Source: an uncultured Candidatus Saccharibacteria bacterium
GTDB lineage: Bacteria; Patescibacteriota; Minisyncoccia; Sungbacterales; HO2-52-23
Direction of reading: 5' to 3'
Assembly (NCBI GenBank): GCA_964357005.1
Contig: CAYHJX010000002.1
Coordinates: forward strand, 1 to 32,741
DNA: 32,741 bases
The notes beneath the pieces are model-generated. The model worked only from the letters and a program-made list of their open reading frames with translations, did not search any database and had not been told where the DNA came from. Made by a program: the position numbers and the translations under genes. Numbering within the stretch: the first letter of the stretch is position 1; each line of letters starts with the position of its first letter. Below, piece after piece: positions 16,971 to 24,062 of the stretch.

Positions 16971-17801
16971 TTACCGTGCAGTCCACCCGCCATCGATAAT
17001 AAGTGTCGCGCCCGTCATATAGGAAGAGGCCGCATGGGAGGCGAGAAAAAGGATTGCGCCGTTATATTCGTGGGGTTCTGCCATACGCCCCACAATGGTT
17101 CGCTTTGCATACTCTTTTTCGAAAACACCGTCTTGATGCGCCCGAACGCCGCCGGGAACAAGCGTATTTACGCGGATGGGAATTTTCTTGCTGCCGCAAT
17201 ACTCCGCAAGCCACCGCGTGAAATTAAGAACTCCCGATTTCGCAACACTATACGCCACAGGTTTATAGAAATCTTCACCGCCCCGCCTTCGAAACTCGTA
17301 GAGCGACTGGTCCGGAGCAACTACTCCGTAGTGAGAGGATATATTAATGATGCTTCCCTTTTTGCCTGTTGGACCGATACGCCGGAGAAACTCTTGTGAT
17401 ACAAAAAACATTCCTTTCAAATGCGAATCAATCACCAGATCCCACGCTCCTTCGGGGTAGTCCTCAAACGGACCGTTGTCTTCGGCAGGCGCATCCGGCC
17501 GGATATCAATGCCTGCATTATTTATAAGAATTGTCGGAGTGCCCCATTTTTCCTCGACCTCATCAAAACCTCGTTTCACATCGCTCTTTTTTGTGATATC
17601 GACAATATGAAGCGATGTGCGCCTCGCATCAATGAGAGGAGAAACAATATGATTCATTGCATGTTTGATATCAAAAATCGCGACTCCGGCTCCGGCGCTG
17701 GAAAGCGCTTGTACATACTGACTACCCAATAACCCAAGACCCCCGGTAACCACGGCGACTTCTCCCGTAAGATCACAATATGGTGGAGCTGTCTGCTTCA
17801 T
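16971..17801 (-). CDS. Short-chain dehydrogenase/reductase (classical SDR)
   Basis: 276-aa ORF. Motifs: VAVVTGGLGLLGSQ (T-G-x3-G-x-G), INNAGI, ISSHYG, YSVAKSGVLNFTRWLA (Y-x-x-x-K), IRVNTLVPGG. Confidence 0.85.
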   Translation of the reverse strand: MKQTAPPYCDLTGEVAVVTGGLGLLGSQYVQALSSAGAGVAIFDIKHAMNHIVSPLIDARRTSLHIVDITKKSDVKRGFDEVEEKWGTPTILINNAGIDIRPDAPAEDNGPFEDYPEGAWDLVIDSHLKGMFFVSQEFLRRIGPTGKKGSIINISSHYGVVAPDQSLYEFRRRGGEDFYKPVAYSVAKSGVLNFTRWLAEYCGSKKIPIRVNTLVPGGVRAHQDGVFEKEYAKRTIVGRMAEPHEYNGAILFLASHAASSYMTGATLIIDGGWTAR

Positions 17802-17807
17802 ACAGAA

Positions 17808-18563
17808 TCAAGAAAAAAACTCATTAGGGTTTTCTTTCCACCTCTCCCAAAGTTTCTCTGCAATAAAGAAATCAATCGGAGCATCTATGTCAATCGCGCG
17901 CGCCTGCGGAATCACGTGATACTTCACCCGCTCGCCGGTAAGAGAGTTAAAATCTTTTATCACCCGTGTCCAACAAGCAATGACATTCGCCCGGAAATAT
18001 GCTTTCGCATAATTTTGACGGAGACCCGGAGTAACATCGCGACTGCTCTCGGTGATATAGGTGACAAGGCGCGCGCCACCCCCGCCGTCATCAATAATCT
18101 TCATGGCTTTATGGGGATGCTGGCGCGCTTCGGCAACAACAAGCGAAGAATGCGTATCTGTATCTTCAATAAGCCGCCCGATACACTGGTCAATATCGCC
18201 TGATGTCTGGAACGGAGTCGTCGGCACAAGGCGAAGAACGATGTCAGGCGCATACCCTTCATTTTTCTCAAGCCATCCGAGCGCATGGATAATATATTCA
18301 AGATCCGTCGAGTGGTCGCCGGCAATCTCTTTGGGGCGCAAAAAAGGAACCTCTGCTCCATACCGCCTCGCGATCGCGGCATATTTCTCGGAATCAGTCG
18401 AAACGATTACGCGATTCACGTACTGAGAATTTCGCGCGGCTTCAATAATCCACGCCATGAGGGGTTTGCCCCCAAGTTCTTTTATATTTTTATCAGGCAC
18501 CCCCCGTGAACCGGAACGCGCGCCAACAAGAGCCAAAATTTTAAGGTGGAGATTTCTATCCAT
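17808..18563 (-). CDS. Acylneuraminate (CMP-nonulosonate/ulosonate) cytidylyltransferase family, copy 1
   Basis: 251-aa ORF. Motifs: ALVGARSGSRGVPDKNIKELGGKPLMAWIIEAA..VIVSTDSEKYAAIARRYGAEVPFLRPKEIAGDHS, the CTP_transf_3 signature. There is no C-terminal esterase domain. Confidence 0.85.
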   Translation of the reverse strand: MDRNLHLKILALVGARSGSRGVPDKNIKELGGKPLMAWIIEAARNSQYVNRVIVSTDSEKYAAIARRYGAEVPFLRPKEIAGDHSTDLEYIIHALGWLEKNEGYAPDIVLRLVPTTPFQTSGDIDQCIGRLIEDTDTHSSLVVAEARQHPHKAMKIIDDGGGGARLVTYITESSRDVTPGLRQNYAKAYFRANVIACWTRVIKDFNSLTGERVKYHVIPQARAIDIDAPIDFFIAEKLWERWKENPNEFFS

Positions 18564-18614
18564 ACATTATATAACGATAAAACCGCATTCCTCGTTTTTT
18601 GGATGGCCCGGGAA

Positions 18615-19967
18615 TCAAATAAGCGAGTTGAGTGCGGCAAATACGCGCTCACCTGTTTTTCCGTCAATCGGCCCGACGAGATCCGATACGATCTGGGATC
18701 TCCCCTCTTTATGAAGCGCAGGATCGTGAAGATATCCCGTAACGGCATAGATCAATTCTGATTCAGTTTTGACCCTCCATACGCCTCCGGTCTTCTGGAC
18801 ATAGAGATAATGGGTCGTATGGTCAAGCGCAAACGAAAGACGGTTATGAAGAGGAACTTTCAAGTCGTCGGCTCCATTAAATCCAACAAGGACAACCGGC
18901 CTATTGAAAATTGCGGACTCAAGGGACATTGTAGATCCTAAATTTATGTTTACATCGGTCCAGCGCACAAGATTTAAAAGAAGCTTCATGTCTTCTTTTT
19001 GATACGTAAAGTTTTTTCCAAAATCGAGTATAGGCACTCCTTCGATCTTCTTGTCCGAACCCAAGGGATCAGTCGGATGCGCGCGCACCGCGAGAAGCGC
19101 ATGAGAAAACAACCCGCGCTCGCTTGCGCGCATAAGCATTTCAAGATGATCGGTATATGTTTCCTCGGCGAGAACAACCGTGGGAAGGCCTCCCGTATAA
19201 TACACAATCCACTTCTTTGTGGGGTCAAGTCCGATCATGCGCGCGGTTTCTTCCTTTGTCATGTGCCATGAAGAATCCCGATAGTGGGAAAACTGCGCAA
19301 ATCCGACTACCCGTATGCGCTCAGGAGAAACATCGTTCCACATGATTGCTTCGCGGCGCATAATTTCGTTTTGTACCAAGAGGATGTTGGGAATGATCCG
19401 CAAGAGCAATTTTGTGCTGAAATTGTCCCAGCTCCGCACCATGCCGACCGATGGAATACCCCTCCGTTTTGCCTGCTTTAAAAATATAGTATCCTCTTCA
19501 ATCATGAGCGACGGGGCAAATACCACATCGGGCCGATACCGATCAAAGTAGATCGCCCACACGCGATCTTCAAAAAAGAATCGGTATTCGATGAATCGCA
19601 GTATTTCCCGCCACACCTTTAGATGACCGAGAAACCAACAAAGACGCCTTCCCATAAACCCGGAAAAAGAACCCCCGCTCCGGTACGTTGCGAGCTGGCG
19701 AATCCACATGGATTCAGTCGGAATACTTGCAAGCGCGATCATGCGAAATATTTTTTTTGCGACTTGCCGATCCATTCCGAAATCCGGAACCGGTTCAACA
19801 ATACAGCGCTCATTCGCAAAATCTCTCCGATGGGTTTCCAAACTGTCTGGAGATACAAATACCACGAGCCGCACCGCAGGATCGTTCTTCACCAAGGAAT
19901 AAAAATCGCCCCGCAGGAAGTTTTTTACCTCCACATTATGAGGCGCGTTCAGAAAAAATGTCTTCAT
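18615..19967 (-). CDS. Unassigned GT-B-like protein, paralogue A of a three-member family (TagF / NeuC / sialyltransferase-like motifs)
   Basis: I trimmed the start to ATG 19967 (MKTFFLNAPH...), 4 nt after the NeuB-like stop. It is collinear with 24063..25433 and 26150..27547. Shared blocks: FDRYRPDVVF, AKRRGIPSVGMVRSWDNFS, LLVQNE, VVGF, GLDPTKK, RAHP (His codon 19077-19079), LGSTMSLESA, GPIDGKTGERV. Confidence 0.6.
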   Translation of the reverse strand: MKTFFLNAPHNVEVKNFLRGDFYSLVKNDPAVRLVVFVSPDSLETHRRDFANERCIVEPVPDFGMDRQVAKKIFRMIALASIPTESMWIRQLATYRSGGSFSGFMGRRLCWFLGHLKVWREILRFIEYRFFFEDRVWAIYFDRYRPDVVFAPSLMIEEDTIFLKQAKRRGIPSVGMVRSWDNFSTKLLLRIIPNILLVQNEIMRREAIMWNDVSPERIRVVGFAQFSHYRDSSWHMTKEETARMIGLDPTKKWIVYYTGGLPTVVLAEETYTDHLEMLMRASERGLFSHALLAVRAHPTDPLGSDKKIEGVPILDFGKNFTYQKEDMKLLLNLVRWTDVNINLGSTMSLESAIFNRPVVLVGFNGADDLKVPLHNRLSFALDHTTHYLYVQKTGGVWRVKTESELIYAVTGYLHDPALHKEGRSQIVSDLVGPIDGKTGERVFAALNSLI

Positions 19968-19971
19968 GCCA

Positions 19972-21069
19972 CTAGCGAGGCCAGTTGAGAGCGTCTTCCG
20001 GCAGATGGGTATCTTCTTCAATGTCTGCCTGCGCGACGCGACCAATCACATCATAGATCAAACTTGGTTTGATACCGTGACCCGGTCCTTTTACCGCAAG
20101 AAGATCGGCCGTGATTACTGTCCCGATGGGAATTCTTGTCCGCGCCACAATGCTTTTTGCGAGTTTCTCGCGAAGCGGTTTCAGCTCCGAATAAAATATC
20201 TTCTCTCCCGATCCTTTAATCTTCTCAACCATCCGAATCGACGCCACCAGCTCTTTGAATTGATGTGGTTCAAGCGATGCCGCGTGGTCCGATCCTTTCA
20301 TTGTTTTATCGAGGGTCAAATGTCTCTCGACAATCTGGGCGCTTCGGGAGACCGCAACGAGCGTGGGCAAAAGTCCCATTTCATGTCCGGAATATCCGAC
20401 TGGAAGAGGAGTAAACCGTTCGCGAAGCGCGCCCATAAAGCGGACGTCAATCTTATCGTCCGGACACGGATATAATGAAACACAGTGAAAAATAATAAGG
20501 CGATTATTGTGCCGCAAAATCGCGCCAACAGCATCATCAATCTCGTCAAGCGTACTCATGCCGGTCGACAGAAGAACCGGCTTCCCTTTTTTCGAAACAT
20601 ACTCGAGAAGCGGAACATTAATGACATCAGCTGAAGGAATCTTATACGCATCAACACCCAACCGCTCCATGAAATCGGCGCTCTTCGGGTCCCACACGCT
20701 TGCAAAAAAAAGAATCCCTCGCTCTTCGGCATAGCGCTTCAATTCCCGGTAGTCCGACTCTGAAAATTCAAGCTTATTTCGATGCTCTCCGTACGTGGGA
20801 GCAAATGCGTTAGGAGAGGCATAGGGCTTTTCTAATCCCTCTTTCGTTAAAATTTCATCGGTCGTCCGCTTCTGGAATTTTACCGCATCCGCGCCAGCAT
20901 CCTTTGCTGCACCAATAAGCTGCTTCGCAATAGCGACATCCCCATTGTGATTGATGCCAACTTCCGCTATGACAAATACCGGCTCCCCGGGTCCGACGTA
21001 CTGCGTTCCTATTTTTACCTTTGGAGGAAGACCTCGAAGGATTGTGTGTATTTTTTCCCTGATATTCAT
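19972..21069 (-). CDS. NeuB-family nonulosonate synthase with SAF domain; resembles the sugar-phosphate-condensing (animal NANS / KDN-9-P synthase) type
   Basis: 365-aa ORF. Motifs: PVFVIAEVGINHNGDVAIAKQLIGAAKDAGADAVKFQKR, then EKPYASPNAFAPTYGEHRNKLEFSESDYRELKRYAEERGILFFAS..GKPVLLSTGMS..VGYSGHE..VERHLTLDKTMKGSDHAASLEP. As far as I recall, these blocks track human NANS nearly column for column. The C-terminal SAF-like part reads KSIVARTRIPIGTVIT. Confidence 0.88.
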   Translation of the reverse strand: MNIREKIHTILRGLPPKVKIGTQYVGPGEPVFVIAEVGINHNGDVAIAKQLIGAAKDAGADAVKFQKRTTDEILTKEGLEKPYASPNAFAPTYGEHRNKLEFSESDYRELKRYAEERGILFFASVWDPKSADFMERLGVDAYKIPSADVINVPLLEYVSKKGKPVLLSTGMSTLDEIDDAVGAILRHNNRLIIFHCVSLYPCPDDKIDVRFMGALRERFTPLPVGYSGHEMGLLPTLVAVSRSAQIVERHLTLDKTMKGSDHAASLEPHQFKELVASIRMVEKIKGSGEKIFYSELKPLREKLAKSIVARTRIPIGTVITADLLAVKGPGHGIKPSLIYDVIGRVAQADIEEDTHLPEDALNWPR

Positions 21070-21178
21070 GCTTTGGTTTTCTGCTCTTGTATAATAAAAC
21101 AGAGGGCGCAGAGAAAAGGTTTTCGGTGGCGCTTATTCAGCATGCATGTGCGCCTTCTCATGCATACGCTATACGCTC

Positions 21179-21763
21179 CTATTCATTTATTTTAGCCAAA
21201 AGCCGCAGCCCGTCCACAATGGTACGCGAATCATTCAATGCATTGTGCGGAGGGCGGACAAGCGCTTCCCCAAACGCGGTTACAATCGTGCCGCTTGTAT
21301 AGGAATACGCCGGAATTCCTCGCGCATCGAACAGAGCACGTATATCTTTGAATCGCATACGATCAAATGGAAATGGGATTTCACAAAGCCGGCAATTTTC
21401 CTCCAACACTTCGGCATCTGATCCGAACGAATAAAGATCATGCGTTCCTGCCCAGGAAAAAAATCGTGTTATCGCATCAGAAAAATCAACGCCTTCGTGA
21501 TCAATTGTATGCTGCGTAATACCGGTAAGACGAGAAAAATAATCTGAAAGTTCTGGATTTCTTTTTGGTTTTATAAAGACATCAAACGAGGCCTTTTCTG
21601 AATAGACCCGGGTATCAAGAAGTACTGCGCCGATCTGGACAATCTCACGGTATTCCCCGGGCCTCTTCCATTTCGCTTCCCGACTGCCTTCCCATGCAGT
21701 ATACTCCGTGTCAAAAACGACAATAGTCGGAGATGAAAAAAGGAGAGCGGGCGTCATTCTCAC
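21179..21763 (-). CDS. DEDDh 3'-5' exonuclease domain protein (KapD / ERI-1-like)
   Basis: 194-aa ORF. Exo I is VVFDTEYT (D-x-E). Then EIVQIGAV. The Exo II-like block is YSFGSDAEVLEENC. Exo III is HNALNDSRTI (H-x4-D). The start is either GTG 21763 or ATG 21757. Confidence 0.7.
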   Translation of the reverse strand: MRMTPALLFSSPTIVVFDTEYTAWEGSREAKWKRPGEYREIVQIGAVLLDTRVYSEKASFDVFIKPKRNPELSDYFSRLTGITQHTIDHEGVDFSDAITRFFSWAGTHDLYSFGSDAEVLEENCRLCEIPFPFDRMRFKDIRALFDARGIPAYSYTSGTIVTAFGEALVRPPHNALNDSRTIVDGLRLLAKINE

Positions 21764-21772
21764 ACAAGGGTA

Positions 21773-22339
21773 TTAGCGAAGCGAAAGAGTAAGAACATCA
21801 ACCCCTTTTGCTTCAAGAATCACATTTGCAAGATCACGAATTGCGCCGTCTCCTCCGTTTCGCTTTGCTATGAAGTGAACTCGCTTTTTTATGGTGTCTT
21901 CGGCCTGCTGTGGAGCCGCGGCAAGTCCGACTTTTCCGAGAATCTCATAGTCAGAAAGATCATCGCCCATATATGCACATTCGTCCCAGAGAATTCCATT
22001 CGCCTCAAGCCACGCGCCGAGAGAAACGACTTTATCTTTACCCTGCGGACCAGTAAAAATTCCCACCGGAGGCCAGCGGCCTTCACGAACCGACGGAAGC
22101 TCATTTAATTTCTTTCCTACTGCCTCGACAAAACCGGTTTTCTCGCCGCTCACAAACGCAATGAACACTCCCGCGTCTCGAAGAAGCGAAATTCCTTGTC
22201 CGTCAACGTGGCTCCTTTCTTTCAGCACCTCGCCCCGATCAGGATCCATAAACACCCTTCCGGTAAAAAGCACACCGTCGCCATCAAACGCAACTGCTCG
22301 AATTTTTTTTGCACGCCTAGTAAGCTCTACGCTTGCCAT
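21773..22339 (-). CDS. HAD-IIIA phosphatase of the KdsC type (ulosonate/nonulosonate-phosphate phosphatase)
   Basis: 188-aa ORF. Motifs: AVAFDGDGVLF (D-x-D nucleophile motif), HVDGQGISLLRDAGVFIAFVSGEK, GPQGKDKV, AYMGDDLSDYEILGKVGLAAAPQQAED. These are the four HAD motifs in KdsC order. It overlaps the upstream cytidylyltransferase gene by 13 nt. Confidence 0.85.
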   Translation of the reverse strand: MASVELTRRAKKIRAVAFDGDGVLFTGRVFMDPDRGEVLKERSHVDGQGISLLRDAGVFIAFVSGEKTGFVEAVGKKLNELPSVREGRWPPVGIFTGPQGKDKVVSLGAWLEANGILWDECAYMGDDLSDYEILGKVGLAAAPQQAEDTIKKRVHFIAKRNGGDGAIRDLANVILEAKGVDVLTLSLR

Positions 22340-23097
22340 GATTCTTTTCCTTTTTCTTGTAAAGATCGAATCACTTCTTCAGCCCATCGAAGCTCTTTTA
22401 TCGAATCAATGTCAATATCGCGCCACTCCTGAAATACCAAAGGTAAAATCCTAGTTCCACTCATGGAATTTCTTTTTACAATTACTTCGGGCCGGACAAC
22501 ATCAACATACCCTGAATGCCGATGCACTTTTGGAAGGAGCTGCCGAGGCATATTAAACGCCTCCGGGTACTTCTGAAATACGTCCGGATACACGCTTGTC
22601 AAAAGCGGTTTCAGAAATTTTTCTCCTTCATCCAGCATATACATTTTAAACGGAGTATGGAGCGGAGAGCACACCGAACGCACTGACGTCGCATCAGGAT
22701 TTTCCAAAAGCAGTTGAATTCCTGTATCGATATCCGCAGATGATTTAAGAGGCGTTGTCGGACGGAGATGAACCACCGCATCTGGCTCGTATCCTTCTTT
22801 CTCTTTAAGAAATGTAAGCGCATGCTGAAACACCGGCAAATCAGGAGTCGAGTCCTGGGCTAATTCTTTGGGGCGCATAAAAGGCACTTCCACGTCCAAT
22901 TTCCGCGCTATACTGGCAATCTTTTCATTGTCGGTTGAAATAATCAAGCGCGAAATAAGCCGCGAATGCTGTGCGGCCATAACCGTGTAGTATAGAAGTG
23001 GCTTTCCCGCGCAAGGATAAATATTTTTCTCCGGAATCGATTTCGAATCCCCCCGCGCAAGAATTACCCCAAGGACTTCTTTCCTTTTCCCCGCCAT
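22327..23097 (-). CDS. Acylneuraminate cytidylyltransferase family, copy 2
   Basis: 256-aa ORF. Motifs: GVILARGDSKSIPEKNIYPCAGKPLLYYTVMAA..LIISTDNEKIASIARKLDVEVPFMRPKELAQDST. It is collinear with copy 1 at 17808..18563 but clearly diverged from it. Confidence 0.85.
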   Translation of the reverse strand: MAGKRKEVLGVILARGDSKSIPEKNIYPCAGKPLLYYTVMAAQHSRLISRLIISTDNEKIASIARKLDVEVPFMRPKELAQDSTPDLPVFQHALTFLKEKEGYEPDAVVHLRPTTPLKSSADIDTGIQLLLENPDATSVRSVCSPLHTPFKMYMLDEGEKFLKPLLTSVYPDVFQKYPEAFNMPRQLLPKVHRHSGYVDVVRPEVIVKRNSMSGTRILPLVFQEWRDIDIDSIKELRWAEEVIRSLQEKGKESWQA

Positions 23098-23144
23098 ATA
23101 TACCTATAACGTGGAAAATAAAAAGAAAGTCAATAATCGAGAGA

Positions 23145-23170
23145 CCAAAAAAGCGAGCCAAGGGCCCGCT
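23145..23170 (-). terminator. Candidate intrinsic terminator directly after the 264-aa membrane protein gene
   Basis: The minus-strand transcript reads AGCGGGCC-CTT-GGCTCGCT: an 8-bp GC-rich stem with 1 mismatch (plus-strand arms 23152-23159 and 23163-23170). TTTTTGG follows. The hairpin begins at the base after the TAG stop (23171-23173). Confidence 0.45.
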
Positions 23171-23965
23171 CTAGATTACACGTAAAACCTTAAACTGTTC
23201 GTAATACTCATACATGCCCCAGTACCAAAGATAGATCGCGTTTCCGACAAGCACATTGAATCCGAGACCGGCGTTACGCAGCCACCATTCGAAACTTCCA
23301 AATCCGCCGTGAAGCATAATGCTTGCCCAAAACCATATAACAAGTGCGTTTGAAAAAATACCCTTAAGGAAAAAAGATCGAGGATAGTGCACGCCCTTCG
23401 TACGGATGGTTTCCAGGTCGAGAAGAATCCAGCGAAATACAATCACAGTAGCCACAATCGCGCTTATCACCTCAAACCCCCAACCAGGGCCAAATAGCGA
23501 ATAATCCAGTTGGCGCAAAAATCCGATAAGAAGCCCAAGGAAAACCGCACACGCTGAAAAAAGAATTCGTGCGATTACTGCACTCGCTGTGAGTTTCCAG
23601 TATGACCTCAATCCCTCGCCGATCTGCCATCCGATAACCGAGAGAAGCAGGAGTTGCATCCAAAACCAACTCTGGCTTACGCCGCCGATCATCCATGCGC
23701 CAACATTAATAGAAAGAAGCAACGCCCAATGGATGAAATCGTATATGCGAGCTTCGATATTTACCTTCTCGCCATCACGAATGGCAAGTAACAAATCGAA
23801 CTGTCCTGAAAGAATCACGAGAATACCAACCGGAGGAATCCAAAACGCAATCGCATGAAAAGTAACGAAACTCCATATCTTCTCAACAGAAACGATGACG
23901 TATATACAAAGGACAATAAGCCCACTCCAGTATGCAGAGCTGAGCACGCGTTTTACTGTTTGCAC
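23171..23965 (-). CDS. Hypothetical polytopic membrane protein (about 8 helices), no family recognised
   Basis: 264-aa ORF with a GTG start at 23965, preceded by GGGAGGGG. It is Trp-rich and hydrophobic (…WFWMQLLLLSVIGWQIG…, …ALVIWFWASIMLHGGFGSFEWW…). I could not find a diagnostic motif. Confidence 0.6.
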   Translation of the reverse strand: MQTVKRVLSSAYWSGLIVLCIYVIVSVEKIWSFVTFHAIAFWIPPVGILVILSGQFDLLLAIRDGEKVNIEARIYDFIHWALLLSINVGAWMIGGVSQSWFWMQLLLLSVIGWQIGEGLRSYWKLTASAVIARILFSACAVFLGLLIGFLRQLDYSLFGPGWGFEVISAIVATVIVFRWILLDLETIRTKGVHYPRSFFLKGIFSNALVIWFWASIMLHGGFGSFEWWLRNAGLGFNVLVGNAIYLWYWGMYEYYEQFKVLRVI

Positions 23966-23994
23966 GAGGCCCCTCCCGGAAACGAACTGAAAGC

Positions 23995-24023
23995 ATCATA
24001 TAATAAAACTATCTAGCCGTCAA
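23995..24023 (-). promoter_or_regulatory. Candidate internal sigma70-type promoter for the membrane protein gene
   Basis: On the minus strand: TTGACG (24023-24018), 17-nt spacer, TATGAT (24000-23995). It lies in the 97-bp gap, one of the largest within the gene train, about 30 nt upstream of GTG 23965. Confidence 0.4.
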
Positions 24024-24062
24024 TGGACAACAAAAATACAACCGGATCGCCATTCGAATATC

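Noticed and set aside
18566-18571. Perfect TATAAT on the minus strand just upstream of the cytidylyltransferase start (18563).
   Set aside because: It lies only 2 nt from the ATG, so any transcript initiated from it would start inside the coding region. It is most likely a chance AT-rich hexamer.
23103-23133. TTGACT (minus strand, 23133-23128) as a -35 box for the NeuA-like copy 2 gene.
   Set aside because: The best -10 candidates (GTTATA with a 17-nt spacer, TATAGG with a 19-nt spacer) are weak. They lie 5-7 nt from ATG 23097, which would require a leaderless mRNA. This is not supportable from sequence alone.
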